Assembly (NCBI RefSeq): GCF_009914755.1
Contig: NC_060928.1
From: the human T2T-CHM13v2.0 reference genome, Homo sapiens
Direction: 5' to 3' (one strand)
Length of the DNA: 64,000 bases
Shown here: positions 14,733 through 29,411 of the stretch, in pieces
Position numbering within the stretch: position 1 is the first letter of the stretch
How the letters are laid out: every line of letters begins with the position of its first letter
Program-made: the position numbers and the translations under genes
The notes under the pieces: model-generated
What the model saw: only the letters and a program-made list of their open reading frames with translations
What the model was told of the DNA's origin: nothing
Databases searched by the model: none

Positions 14733-15924
14733 TATAGTCTATTCTCATTCATTCAAGCCTATGTCTTTAATTCCTACCACATAGCTCTGTATATGTACAG
14801 TTTTTATTTTACTAGAATAGGAGCCTACTAAATTGACAGTTTTGTAACTTGAATTTTTTCAGTTATATCGTAAACTTCTTGCTGCCTGTTAAATACTCCT
14901 TGATAGAATTATTAGTTTTATCAATTACAACTTTTATCGCATAAGATATTTTTATCTTATTCCTTATTTCTTAGATTGCTTCCAATTTTCTCCATTACAA
15001 ACACTACTTCTGTGAATATTCATAGAGATAAATCTTTTTGTACATTTGTGATTATGTCCCCAGGGTAAATAAAATAACTTTTTTTTACCTAATATCACAG
15101 AAGAATTAGCAGAAAATCCTGGATACTGCCATGGTGGAATGACTTCTCCTTCTTTTAAGGTGTATTAAATAAAATCCATTTCTTAGTTTTTCTACAAATT
15201 CACAAAAGTATTGAGCCAGTTTTATACAACCTTTCACTGTTTTGATTTGTGTATGTCTATGTGTGTGTGTATAAGCCAGGAGGAAGAGAGAGAGAGAGAA
15301 AGAAAGAAAGAGATTGCTTATGAAAGTGTTTTAAATTGTTAGTGAAATAAGGACTGTTTTTCATTTCAAACAAGACTAGTACTGAGAGGAAGCTGGAAGT
15401 CCTAGGTACTGTTGTGCCTTAGTTCTGCAACTTTCATAAGACAGAAGAAAACAAGAAAACTTTTCTTCTCAGAAACAGCGTGGAGACAGCTCCTCCCTCT
15501 CAAGGGAGGCTCTCTTTTGTTACTCTGCTTTTCTGATAGAATTACCTATATGGAGCTGGTGACTTCTCTTTTTTTTGGATACAGTGAGACCAATATTCTA
15601 ACTACTTCCAAATCTACTGCCTTTGACTCTTTCTTTTTACCCTGTCAATGCTGCTTAGCCAAAGAGCACCAGGAATGTACCTGCACTTGAAGTATTTGGA
15701 TTTTTTTTCTTGTTGCAATAAAGAGAAGGCACATCAGGGAGAACCATGGGGTATCTCAGGAAAAGGGCATTAGAAAGGACTTGGAAGATTTAGACTTGTG
15801 TTCAGTGATTTGAGGAGGGTTCAAGGAAGCAGGGCTTGGATATAGTTTGCCTGCTATCAAGAAGCAGGCGTAATTTTATGATTTGACATATTAATGGAAT
15901 ATTAATGACTCTACTTGGAAGTAA

Positions 15925-16033
15925 CGGACCAACTTTTCTGCTCTGCTTGAGACTGAGGGGTCTCCTGGGGCAAGGCATTTTCAGAACCCAAACCAGGAAA
16001 TTCCCAGACAAACTAGGAGGAGTGAATCACACC
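15925..16033. mobile_element. MER96-like hAT MITE within an older, unassigned LTR-like sequence
   Basis: ccaac...gagactgaggggtctcctgggg...aaaccaggaaattcccagacaaactagga resembles MER96. Confidence 0.6.
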
Positions 16034-17252
16034 GCGTAGAGGGCAGGAGAAATGAGATGAGGCTACAGCTGGAATTGCTAAAGAAGCAGTCATTCATACT
16101 AGCCAGGATTTGCTCATTTTTGTGGTTTGGGCAATGTTCATTATTTTGTCTAGATTCTGACATGATTACAACGTGGTCTTGTCACTCTCTTGGTTCATCA
16201 TGGTGACAGAGTGGCCTTGTCTAATTTCGATGTTGTTGGTGCTCAGTAGAAAACCAGATTCCGCCTCTGAGTAGCAGGCTAACTTCCGGAAAAGCAAGGC
16301 ATTCTCATGTTGCCAGCCTAGTTTCTAACTGTCAGGGGCTGCTTTTCTTTTTTCCAGTTCCCTTCTTGGGGGGTTTCAGGGCTGCTTTTGGGTGGGCATG
16401 AGTTTATAGATGTGACCTTCTCATTTCAAGAGTTTTAATTTTAGCCACATTGGTTCTGTGCCATAGTGAAACATTTTGGGCTTTGAGACACTGAATAATA
16501 ATAAAACATGATCTATTTCTCTTAACACATTTTTTCAAATAGAGAACAATGTTTTAATGATTAAGACTAAATGCTAAATTACTGTTAAAATTTTTAAAAT
16601 CAGATGCTATGCTGCTTCTTTGAGATTCAAAATTTACATTAGCATATTTCAGTGTTCTTAGTAATACTGCTATAAGGAAACCCAATTTATTTGATATAGA
16701 CACTTATTTCCATAGAATGCATTAACATTTTGGTAAGTACTAGTATTTCACTATTAAACCAGTATTTCCTAGAAATAAATACTAGTCTAATTTATTTAGT
16801 GATTGTCCCATAATTGTGCTTTCTGTTTTTTTTTTAAATTAGAAATATGTAAGGGGCAAATAACTATTCTGATTTAAATTGTTCTGACTTAAAATAAATG
16901 TCCTTAATAACCGTCATGGAAAACAAATGGTTTTATGTTTTACAGATCTACTGTTTTAATATTAAGAGAAAATAGATATGGTGACTGGATTCTATTTTTT
17001 GGAAAACACTTAACTAGTAGATGAACATAGTATTACATAGTTGATTTAGTTTAGTCATAAAGATTATAAAACTAGTTAAATTGTGAAGTATTATTTTAAT
17101 TATTAACATTGGTTCAATTATTTCAGCTATCTTAAACTCAGTTCGGTTTCCCGTATATTAAATTGGTTGTTTAGCAATTAGTCTTTATAGCAATGGAGGA
17201 AATACTGTGGCTTTAGTTATATTATAATCTACATTCATAAAATTTTCTCTAG

Positions 17253-17407
17253 ATTCTGAAGACTACTTTGAGGTCAACATTCCAACAGACCTACGAGCAA
17301 AACATTCTGGGGAAATAAGTGAGAGAAAGGAAATTGAAGAACTATCAGAAGCTTCAAGAAACACCATACCACTAGCAGTGGTGCTTCCCACTGAAATTCC
17401 ATGTGAG
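17253..17407 (+). CDS. BANK1: BANK1 coding exon (exon 3, 155 nt, phase 1 to 0)
   Basis: Boundaries ttttctctAG| and GAG|GTcagt. Translates (D)SEDYFEVNIPTDLRAKHSGEISERKEIEELSEASRNTIPLAVVLPTEIPCE, which I recognise as BANK1. Confidence 0.97.
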
Positions 17408-17450
17408 GTCAGTAAAGATACCTTGTTATTTAAGTGACCCCATTGTGTTA

Positions 17451-17596
17451 TGGTGGTGGTGGTGGTGGTTGTTGTTTGGAGAGACAGGGTCTCATTAGGT
17501 TGCCCAGGCTGGTCTTTAACTCCTGGCCTCAAGAGATCCTCCTGCCTCAGCCTCCCAAAATGTTGAGATTGCAGGCATGAGCCACCGCATCCAGCC
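17451..17596 (-). mobile_element. Alu monomer (FLAM_C-like) with a (TGG)n/(TTG)n tail
   Basis: Single arm gagacagggtctc...ccaccgcatccagcc. Confidence 0.85.
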
Positions 17597-20384
17597 CACC
17601 TGTTATTTTTTTAATAGATATTGTATTTCACAAGAATGCAAGCTCCAACATAGCTGTCATTTTTGTCTGCTTTGTTCATGGCTATCCTCTGAACCTAGGC
17701 AATTAGCAGGCATTTGATACACACTGGATGATAGTTGAATTAATAGGCATTTGTTACATAATTGTTGAAAAATTAAATAGTGAAGGTTATATGGAAGCTT
17801 AATTTTATCAACTGTGACTTCACATTTTGCAAATAGATGTACAATTGCAATAGCTCTCAAGCTAGTCAAAAGAAATTTAGATTCACAGTAAATAGGTTAA
17901 GGATCTATTTTCCTAAAGGGAAACATACCCTTGGATAGAATTTTAAAATACTTTATTTTTAGGACCACACCATATTTTCAATGAAGAAACATGTATTAAA
18001 GGCTGACATTAAGTGGAAATACCATAAAAGTTAGAAGAGATAGTCCTTCAGGAAATAAGAGTATAATGTGGGGGGATGATTTCTGGGCAGGTGACTGTGG
18101 GAATATATGTTCCTAGCATGTCTTCCTCCTAAATCTTGCTTGGAATGAACCACTAAAATAAGCCTTTCCAAATATCTGACTATATAATCTTAGGACATGA
18201 AAAAGATGCTGGGCCTCAGTTTGTGGCATCCTTGAGTATAAAGAGCCAGAGATACAGGAGAGCGTTATGGGAGTTGCCTGAAGGAGTCTTTCTGATAGAA
18301 GCCAGTGACAGGGGCTCACTGACCTTTGGGTGGGTCTCCTGATCCTACTGGTACCAGTGGTCCTGATGGAGGTGGAATATCCTGTGTAGAAGGGTATAGT
18401 TTAGTTTCCTCACCCTCACTCTCTAGACCCTTACCCCATGCCTAAGCAGAAGAATTGCTGTTTTAAGCTATTTGCTGTCAGTTCCAGAGGAACAAAAAAA
18501 TGCTTTGACACTACCTTAGAGACCCCAGGAAACGGAACTATACAGGTATGAGGAAACTGACACAGATGATCAGGCAAAGAAAAATTACAAGGGCTCAGAA
18601 CTTAAAGGAAGGAGATCAGGCTGAACAGTCAGAACTCGTGGCTCCTACTGAGTCAGAAACAATGGAAAAGACAGAAAATAAGTGTAATAAAAGAAAAATG
18701 GCAACTACTCTCAAGTAGATGAAATCAAAGCAGAAAAAAGAAAACCCTCTGAAACTAAAAGTAGCTCAACAGGAGTTATACAGTGAGTCTAAATAGCTGC
18801 TTTTAAAAATATCTGCAACAGTAAAATTCGAGCACTGTAAGACCCTTCTCTTACTAAATTTTCAAAGAAATCAGTCCCAAAATCAAACCTCACTGCTATC
18901 TAAGCAAAGATGTGTTATTTAGATAGCTAGTTAGATAAGGGTTTTTTCAATAGGAGAATCATGGACTGTTTTTTATTGACATTGATATAATTCTTTCAGA
19001 CTCTTGGATTTAAATTATTTCAATATAAAATTTCTTTTAGGTACCCCACTTTTTAAAGAATCCTAAACATTTAAAAGGTTATACAAAGTTATTTTAGTGC
19101 CAGCCCCACATTCTAATCAAAGTAAGCTAATCATTGGACCAAAAATAGTTATCCCAGACAAGATTTTTTGTTTTCAGAACCTAGATTTTAGTATAGTCTG
19201 AATCCATAAGACTATTGCCAACCACCAGAGAAAAGACCACTTTTACCCACTGAGTGGAAATCATGTTTCAGACTTGCCACGACAACTTTCAGCCTATGTC
19301 AACTGTCTGAAAGCACAACTTTTGAATTCAAATTCATTTCTGAGAAGTTTTCCAAGTAGTCCGTGAATAGAGACCACTTAAGATTACTGCCTTAAGGAAA
19401 TGATAGTTGAGGCTTCCCTATCATCCTAAAAAATCTAGAAATTTTACCATACTACCTCAGTCAGTCACCAGGTCTTCCTTAAGATGTGCCTGATTCATAC
19501 CCAGTATCTTCAAACCGTGTTAATTTCTCTTTTTAGTTTTGTGTTTCCAGCATGCTAACACTGGGTTGACTATGAGCTCTTTATAGTTGCGTAATTTTCA
19601 TTCTCTCTGATGAAAAGGGAGTTAGTTTAAATTTTTCCTGCTGCTGCCTCTTGCTGTGGAATTGCTGAGGTCTATGGACCTGCCTCCTAGAGAAATTCTC
19701 TTCTTTGTGCCCTCATCTGCTCTGCAGCATTAACTTTAGTCTATCGTTAATTAAGGCAGTGGGTGCTGTTGCTACTACCTATGACCCTTGGAGCTTGGGA
19801 ATATTGATTCCTCTGCCTTGTCACTCTTCCTAGCACTGCTCTTTTCCACAGATTTGGATTTCCTAGACCTTGAAAATTATGTGCCACTTCTCAAACAGCA
19901 GAAAAATATTTTACTTTATTTCTTTAACTTTTTTTCCCCATGCACTAGTGAAGATATCCCTCCATTGTCCTATTTATGTAAGTTAATTATCTGTGTCTTT
20001 GAGAAATACCTAGGTGAGTTTTAGTAGTTCCAATCTGTTTCTTAATTTGACCTCTTCTTTTACTTTCTATAAGACTGGCACACTTTTTCTATTTTAGTAT
20101 TTTTTGGACTTTTCTTTGTTTATGGGCCAAGACATTTGTTTTTCTAGCATATGCCTCTTGGTTTTTTTGTGTGGGTCAATTGACCATGAGAGATGTGAGT
20201 TCTAGGTCTCCCAAATGCATCCACTGTTCAAACGAACCTCATCCAATTTTATCTCCCTGATGAAAAATCCAACTGTGAGGTACTCTCCCGTTGGAATTAC
20301 AACAAAACCAGAACTTGACCTGATCTATTTTTTAGTAACTTCTCTTCCCTGTGCAGTCCATTACTCCGGCAAACACCCTCAAAG

Positions 20385-20592
20385 AAGTGGCTCTCCACTG
20401 CAGGTGATTTTGACCCTCTCTACCCAGTGGATATTTGGCAAAGCTTGCAGAGATTTTTGATTGTCATAACTAGGGGGTTGCTACTAGCATTTAGTGGGTA
20501 GAACTCTGAAAGCTGCTAAACTTCCTGTAATGCACACAACAGCTCCCACAACAGTGACACATTTGGTCCAAAAATATCAACAGTGTCAAGTT
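20385..20592. mobile_element. MER20-like hAT-Charlie element
   Basis: ggtgattttgacc...atttggcaaag...ttgtcataactagggg...gcatttagtgggtaga...gctgctaaac. Confidence 0.75.
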
Positions 20593-22138
20593 TAAATCTT
20601 ATTTTTGTGATCCCTAGTCACAGATTCAGAAATGACTTCCATATTTTCTCAGCAGTAGCTCCATCCTATAGAACAATTAGGAGTGAGCTTATTTTCTTTA
20701 TCTCTTTTTTTCTTTAAACCCAGATCTTTAAATATATCATTTTCCCTTCCTTTTGGTAGAATCTGCCCACTGTAATCTCAACTTTCCTTCTCCCCAAATC
20801 TCTTACTTCCTTTAATATAATCAACCCTAATTCTTTTATTTTTATTTTATTTTCCCACTGCTGCTATCCTGATGTTAAGATAGAGACATTTGAAAAACCA
20901 GTTGAGTCACTTATTGATTTCTTGAGAAAATTTAATTCTGAAAGTCATCGTGCAACCACAAAAGACCGTTAAAGTGGCTTTATCAGCATTTGGATCTATA
21001 TTAATTTTATTGAATGTTTTTACAATCAGAATCCTACCACATACCATATTCCCTAATAAAGGTCTTTATTTTATATGACCTGTTCATTGACACACTTCTA
21101 AGGCTAAAACCCTAATATGAGTCTTCAGCCCTTCGACAGACCATGGATTATGTAATAAACAAATATAGAGATAAATTGAGATGACATGAAAGAATGTAAC
21201 TCTTAAAGGCCGTAAGAATCTCAGAGATTACCTTTTTGCCCGTTCATCCCTTGACTCTGAATACAATTTAAAACAGTGTACAAAAGCTAACAGCACTACC
21301 CACTTACTTCTGATACCAAATCACAAACTAGTCCTTGGTAACCAACCTTAACTTAAAGCCCAATCCTGTGATTTAATTGGAAAATACAGTAAAAGCAGCA
21401 AAAGATGCTTGTGTGCATTAATGCCTGAAAAGTCTGTATTGTGAAGTGATGCCTTCTCAGAGGTGAAGTTTTACAGTGACCAAAAGATGTCTCTTTCTTT
21501 TAAATAGGTGGTTATCAAAAACTAAGCTACATACAGGGACTATTAGGGGAGTTTTCATACACACAAAATAATGCCTGTGTCCTACCTCAGAGATTCGGAT
21601 ATAAATGCCACATTGCAGACCAGATTTCACCTCTTTTGTTAGGTCTCAAGGCTTATGACCAATGTAGCCAAGCTTTAAAGTTTGGAAGTGATAATTGTCA
21701 TAAACCTTTGTTTCCCTGAATGCTCTGACCTAAATAAGGGATTCACAGAGGAGTCAGAAAGATTGGGAGCAAAACAATAGCTTCATAAGTGGTAAAACTA
21801 ATTTATGACCACTTGAGGATCCTAATATTTTCTCCATTGAATTAAATTAGCTCATGTAATTAAGAGCCAGTGCTTACTCCCGGGAGTTGAGGAAGCTTTG
21901 AGTACTGAGAGAAGTATGGAACAGAGCTGAGCATGCTCAATTTTAAAGTGTCATATTTTTACAGACTTACTTCACCTTAATTTAAAAATATATATACAGA
22001 ATGTTTTTACGTGAATAATTTTTGAAAGGTGCTACGATAATATAAGAAAATAAAAACACCCTTAGGATGTTTAACATCTAGCTAGAAAGGCAAGACACAG
22101 ACATGAAAAACTAATCAGGAGTAGAGAGCATGACTCTT

Positions 22139-22210
22139 AGAAACAGTCAAATGATGGTTATGGATATGCAGTGCAGAAACAGTCAAATGATGGTTATGGA
22201 TATGCAGTGC
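22139..22210. repeat. Perfect 36-bp tandem duplication
   Basis: agaaacagtcaaatgatggttatggatatgcagtgc, two copies. Confidence 0.98.
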
Positions 22211-22371
22211 TTTAGTGTTCCTTTGAAAGTTCTAAAACTCTTTGTGAGCTGAAGTTGCAGGAGGATTTTGTGGAGCTGGTGAGACCTGAGTTGGACATTG
22301 TTGGAGAGGATAAATATGGGGATATAGAAGGAGAAAAGGAATTAAATATCATGCCAACATTATGTTCAAGC

Positions 22372-22536
22372 AAGCCCAGCTGCCTAGTTTACGGTGCAAA
22401 ATGAAAATACAAAGTACCATGTTCAAATTATTATAATGTCAAGGTAATTACAGCAGAATATTAAACCAAATACAGGGCCTTCTAAGTGTGGGGCCCTGTG
22501 TGACGGTAAGGTCATGGGCCCATGAAGCTGGCCATG
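22372..22536 (-). mobile_element. MER45A-like hAT-Tip100 element
   Basis: gtgcaaaatgaaaat...agcagaatattaaaccaa...gggccctgtgtgac...cccatgaagctggcc. Confidence 0.7.
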
Positions 22537-22635
22537 GGTACAAATGAAGATGTGAGTGCCTCATTTGGGGTGGTCAGTGTGTTTGTCTTTTGCTTAGAAC
22601 ATTTCTCTGGAAATGGTTGAAAGGTGGAGTCCTGA

Positions 22636-22947
<312 letters not shown>

Positions 22948-24743
22948 CTGAGTGAGGAATCTCCTGTGTCAGAAGCAGTCATGAGTTGGGAGTCGGTTGG
23001 GTGGATAAAACACTGGGAGAGTGCATGTGTACTATCCAAATGTGGAAAGCCATAAGTCAAAGTTAAACAAGGAATGATGCACACACAGGAAAGATCTTTG
23101 AACTTTAAAGCAGAGGATCTTGACTAACTGAGCCCAAGTGAAATGGAAAGACATTATTTGGCTCTTAAAGATTTGAGGTAAGGGGCAGATATGAGAAACA
23201 AAAGGAACAAAAGAACTGTACTAGAAGCGAGGCCCTGTGAGGAGGAGGTTGCAGATGTGAGGAACAGGAGGGCTTACACTCCGGCTTTTCTGACACATTG
23301 CATGTGTGGGGCAAGAGCAACAAGTGGAATAGTGGGAGTTCCTTTGAAATAGGATCCTTTCCCGATGAGCGTTGTAAATTCTGAGGAGAAATTTAGTTTT
23401 CCCTGTGGAAAAAATATTTAGGAGTATTAGACTCTGGTGGAAAATGCCTGAAGTAGATTTTTGTGTGAGCTGAAATGATTCTATAACATCAACATAATTA
23501 GAAACTCTTTTGGATAAAGCATAAAGATGTAAGTTTTATTGGTGAGTAATTTATACTTAGGGGCATTTAAGAGAATCTTGAAATTAGTAACTTTTTGAGA
23601 AACATGATTTTATAAGAGCATATAAATGGGATCCCTGTTTTTTTTAAGTATGGAATTGAAACTTATTATGACTTGAAGAAAGCTTTTGAAGGGTGATATC
23701 TAAGATAATCATAAAAAGAATGTTTTATTTTAATTTTTTCATGGGGTTCGACAGCATGATATAAGGATTAGTGTGGATTTGGAAATTAAATATTTCTGAT
23801 TAGTCTTCAGAATGTAATTCTGTATATTAGTTGTCCTTTTCCTAAAAGAGAAAAAGAAATAGCCTTATCCATTTATTTTGGTATGTGTATGTGTGTGTGT
23901 GTGTGTTTGTCTTTCTGTATGTCTTTGTGTTTATCTGTTTCAGTTAGGTTTAGAGGAAATATATTTATATAAAAAGTGCTGAGTATAATTTCTAGTATAA
24001 AATAGATAATAAATGTTTATGCCTTTCTTTTCTCTGTATTAACCCCAATCTTTCATTCCTAGTATTTTTTCTCAATATTTTTTCACAAAGTTATTCAATA
24101 ACCTTTTTCACCTTATACATTTGGCCTCTCCATCTTAATTAAATCTAGAAACTTTAGATTTATAACCTTTAGTCAACTCAAAAACCATGGCAGACACTTA
24201 CCACAAATAAAGAGTGGCCACTGAACTTCTACTACATAAAATATAAAACTATTGGACTTCTTAAAAGTCATTATATTTAAATTGTAAGAGATCTTAAACT
24301 TTTTCAATTCTATCATTTATAGATAAAGGAACCAAGTTATATAAAGGACTAAAAAAGGGATTTGGAAAAATGATTTGGTTAACAGCTGAATTATAGCCTT
24401 CTGCTGGTCTGCGAAATGATGCTTATACCCTGGTACAGAGAGCCATATTGAGGAAGACGCAAGAAGAAAAGGAAGAGGCTATATTCATACTGTTTCTTTA
24501 AGTTGCAAAATATGGCATTAGAGGGAAAAAAAGAGCGTACAATAAAAAGAAATTTGATACTATTTAAAATGTAGTGAGAATCACATTTATGTATTTTATT
24601 TCTGGATACAGTTGAAAATACAAACACCATAGAAGACTTATTCAATAATAGTGTATTACCTTAATTATAAAGAAATGTAATGGGTTCTTTGGTTAATGTA
24701 AACTTTTCCAAATGCTTAAATGGGTTACATTTTCATCTTACAG

Positions 24744-24882
24744 AATCCTGGTGAAATATTCATAATTTTGAGAGATGAAGTAATTGGTGATACTGTAGAG
24801 GTTGAATTTACATCAAGTAATAAGCGCATTAGAACACGGCCAGCCCTTTGGAATAAGAAAGTCTGGTGCATGAAAGCTTTAG
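24744..24882 (+). CDS. BANK1: BANK1 coding exon (exon 4, 139 nt, phase 0 to 1), DBB domain
   Basis: Boundaries catcttacAG| and TAG|GTaaga. Translates NPGEIFIILRDEVIGDTVEVEFTSSNKRIRTRPALWNKKVWCMKAL, in frame with the previous exon. Confidence 0.97.
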
Positions 24883-26778
24883 GTAAGAATGTTTATGATT
24901 TAATAAGCATAAAACATTATCCTGAGTTCCTTCCAATAAATTTATAATAAATGGTTTCACTTCCTTACAAAAACTAATATTGTTCTGCAGGTGTTTCCTG
25001 TGTTTAGTTTTCACATACCCAAGGTTGTTATTATTAATCTGGATTTGCAAAAGTAAGAACATGTAAATTATGAGAAATTAGTTTGTATACTGTGTAATGA
25101 AATGACATCCAGTAACATCATACATTTTTAAATATGTCAGCAGAGAGCATTTTAATTTATGGCAACCACTAAACATATGACTAAAATTGTTTGCTTTTTT
25201 GTGACATTTGGATTAGCAATTTATTTTGAGTTTTATTAATAAACTCTATTTTTTTCCCTTTCTTTCTTTTTTCCCCCAAGTCTCTGGTATATTTTTGTTG
25301 CTCTGAAAAGCATTTTTTCCCATTATTTTATCAGTATGGTGCAATTTGTACATATAATCTTCTCATCTTTTCCTCATCTCACTTACAAAGCTAATCATTT
25401 GATTATCCAGCTTTGCTTATAGCATGATAAATTGTATCAGATTTAAAATTCCAGATGGAATAACCATAATTGCAACAATAATTGTATTAAAATCAAAATC
25501 TAATATTAATCTAATACTAATTTCTGGATATTTTAATATAAATGTAAAACTGCTTGGTTTTTACATTTATGATGTCTTTTCCTGATCAGAGAATAAAATC
25601 ATCTTATTAAACCTCATAAATGTGAACTTTATAAAATATTTTGAAATAAAAAGATGCTCAATCTTGTTATGAATTTGGAAATGTGGCAAAAATATTTTAA
25701 ATTAAAGATCATGTCAAACACATTTTGAACATTTTTTCCTTTTAAAATATAGTGATTATGCAGTCTATTTACAAAGCATTTACAGACTTCTGTTTGTGTG
25801 GAAGGCATGTGTATGGATTTCCTTGCACAGCTTAGACTGAAGTTGGATTATAAGAAGGAAAAACTCCATACTAAACATTTATAAACATTTCAGACACTGC
25901 TTTCTGTCATGGATAAGCATGTGTAGAAGTGAAATGAGAAAAACTCTGTCTCTTTCCTTTTCTTTCTTTCTTGTCTCAATGCCCCCTACTTCATTATGTC
26001 ACATTCTTAAGTGGTTTAATGAATAAAATTTTCTAACTAATTAGTTTCAGAATTTAAATTTAGTTAGACTAAAGACACTATAGAAATATCAATATTGCAA
26101 ATTAAGAAGCACTTAAATAATATTTCCCAAATAGCAGATCAAGATGTCAAATATAATTATTCACATTACTTAAGAATTTTTGCTCAGTATACCTACTGGG
26201 TGAGAGCAGTATAAAGAATAAAACATGTCAAAGTTCAAATTAATTATAAGAAAAGCAGAAAATGAATATGCCATGCTTCCAAGATATACCAAGACATACT
26301 ATTGTCTTCATGATTAAACAACAAATCTGTAATAAATAAATAAACCACTGTTTACCAACTATCATAATTAAACTTATTTAAGTATTCGTTTCAACTGTTG
26401 TATTCTTTAAATTGATGAGAAATTTTCTCCCAAAATGTTGGCTGCTTTGTAGCAATATTCAAGATGGTTACCTGAACCTGTTTGGTTGGATGGAAAATGC
26501 CTTGGCAGAAATGGGCCCAGAGCCTTATTTTCTCTGCTTCATGTCACTGTATTTTGAAATGTTTTGAACCCTACTAAGAACAACTAGTAAGAACTACATT
26601 TTACATCATGACCCAGTACATATGCACAGATATATAAGGAAAACAAAGGTTTTACAAGTAATATTTAGATGAATGGTTTTAGCTCGAACAGTAAAGAGCC
26701 CATTTTTACAAGAAAAAGCTGAACCACTACAAAATCGACCACGTTTCTTGAACCCATTAGAGAACTAAAGTTGCAAGG

Positions 26779-27398
26779 TGTTAGATGCAGGTGTGATACC
26801 TTTCCTCACCATCATAAGGGTCACAGTTGTCACTCCTGTAATAAAAGAGAGATTAACAAGAGAAAAGCCTAACAAATTTATTTAATCAAAGATTTATGGG
26901 AGCCTTCAGAAATGAAGACCCAAGGACCAATGGGAAACTGTCCATTTTTATGCTTAGGTTCAACGAAGAATAAACAGCCGTGTAGGACAGTGATTGAACA
27001 AAAGAATATGAACTAGTGGTAACAGGCTTGAGGGGAGGAGGACCCAGTAAGTCCTGTCTGTCCAGATTTTTGCTGGCTTCTCTATGTCACATTCTTTCCT
27101 CCCAGGTATGGAGCAGGCTTTCTCTGAAATGAGGATCTTTAAGGCAGAAGAGAGAAGGGAGACCTTTTTTGGTTTTGTGGTTTTCTTTGGGAAAGAGGAG
27201 CTCTAGTTTCTATGACCTGCCTTGGGGAAGAGGAATTCTGGCTTCTATGACTTGATCAGGGGCAGGAAGAAGGGTTGGAGACAGGAGGATGGAAGGTCAG
27301 AAAGACCTTGCTTCTGAGGCCCTTTAGTCTTCATTAGTTCAAAGTATGCAGCACACCAACACGTCATACTTTGGGGTATTGTCTTCTGAACTCTGACA
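26779..27398 (-). mobile_element. MER39/MER34-family ERV1 solo LTR
   Basis: TG..CA ends. The minus strand begins tgtcagagttcagaagacaataccccaaagtatg and ends ...gaggaaaggtatcacacc. Confidence 0.75.
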
Positions 27399-28850
27399 AG
27401 GGCAATCCACTATTCCAAAAGCTGGAGAAAACGATGAACTAAGAGAGTGTCATTTGAAATCTGCTTACCTAGAGCAGAAGCCACTGGAGCCACAAACTAG
27501 TAGGAGCACTTAAGTGTTAATTTTGATGAATGTCTGAAAGCTGAATATGGATTAGTTTGAGAGTGAGAAACTCCTGGGGGTAGTAGTTTTAGGATGTCCC
27601 CACACTTTTGTAGGATTTACCTCCATGAATCCCACCAGGTTTTTACAATGAAGATCTGAGAAAGAGCCCATGGAACCTCTGGTGGGGTCAGAGGAAGGAT
27701 AATCGTGGTGAAATACTCCCAGCATGTTCTCCATAGCACAGGCCTACTCTCCAGAAGAAAACACCTCACCAGAGCCTCATTCCAGCTGGAAAAGGACATC
27801 ATCTCACTGTGGCTCCCTCTGGCCTTCCTGTCTCACTTAAAGGGGATTAGGGGAAGGTATGCCACAGCAAAAACCCTTGTAAAGTCACAACGAAGAGTCA
27901 CTGAAAGACTAAGACTTAATCATAAGAATGTAGAATGCTTTCCTTCCCTACCACCTTATGGTTACCACAACAGGATTCCAGCATAATGACAGTGGATTAC
28001 TGTTTAAAAAAGCAAACAACCAACCAAAAAAACCCAGCAAGATTCAGACTCTGTCTCGGTAAAGTACTTAGAAAAGTACATAATCAAAAAGAGAGACAGA
28101 AACAAGAATGCTAGAGGAATTTAAAGCTGCTAGCACTGATAGCTACAACAAACATTAAATACAGTCCAACTCCTAAACGGATTCCTATAAATTCTTTCAC
28201 TACAGGAGTATTTACCTTACATCTAGTCATAAACCAAACATTGCAAGGCATTCCTAAAGACAAGATAAAACACAATTTAAAGAGACAAAGCATGCATCAG
28301 ACTAAAATTAGATATGACATACATGGAAAATGTATGAAAGAACATATTGATTATATAAAAAGAGATAAACTTTGAGAAAGAATCAACAGGAAATTCTAGA
28401 AATCAAAACCACCGTATCAAAAATTAAAAAATAACTTTAATAGGTTTACTAGTAGAGTTGACAAAGGTCAGAAAAGAATCATTGAATTTGAAGACAGGTC
28501 AATGAAAACTTCCCAAACTTAAATGGTAAAGAGAAAAAAGTTTTTTTGTCTGTTTGTTTTTTAAAGAAAGGACAAAACATCTAAGAAATGTGGGATGATT
28601 TCAGAAGGTCTAACATACATGTAATTGGAATACAAGAAGAATGACAAAATGAAGCACAATAAATATTCGCATATTAATGACAGATCAAAATACAGATATA
28701 GGAAGCTCAAGTAACATGAAGAAAGATAAATATAAAATATTGACACCTATTCATATTACATTCGAACTGTAGAAAACTGAAAACAAAAGAGAAAATCTTG
28801 TCAGAAGCCAGAGAAAATGAATACCTTACCTGTAGAGAAATGAGTATAGG

Positions 28851-29411
28851 AATACCATTTGACCCAGCCATCCCATTACTGGGTATATACCCAAAGGACT
28901 ATAAATCATGCTGCTATAAAGACACATGCACACGTATGTTTATTGCGGCACTATTCACAATAGCAAAGACTTGGAACCAACCCAAATGTCCAACAATGAT
29001 AGACTGGATTAAGAAAATGTGGCACATATACACCATGGAATACTATGCAGCCATAAAAAATGATGAGTTCATATCCTTTGTAGGGACATGGATGAAATTG
29101 GAAACCATCATTCTCAGTAAACTATCGCAAGAACAAAAAGCCAAACACCGCATATTCTCACTCATAGGTGGGAATTGAACAATGAGATCACATGGACACA
29201 GGAAGGGGAATATCACACTCTGGGGTCTGTGGTGGGGTCGGGGGAGGGGGGAGGGATAGCATTGGGAGATATACCTAATGCTAGATGACACATTAGTGGG
29301 TGCAGCGCACCAGCATGGCACATGTATACATATGTAACTAACCTGCACAATGTGCACATGTACCCTAAAACTTAGAGTATAATAAAAAAAATTAAAAAAA
29401 AAAAAAAAAAA
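28851..29411 (+). mobile_element. L1HS Ta subset, 5'-truncated (~560 bp)
   Basis: ACA at 29290-29292, G at 29375, ORF2 end ...HRIFSLIGGN*, AATAAA and poly-A. Confidence 0.95.

Noticed and set aside
15101-15159. Possible cryptic exon after a T-rich tract
   Set aside because: Weak donor (AAG|GTGTAT) and 59 nt would shift the frame; no other support.
28798-29178. 126-aa ORF
   Set aside because: Chance fusion of old L1M sequence to the L1HS ORF2 C-terminus; no ATG start.
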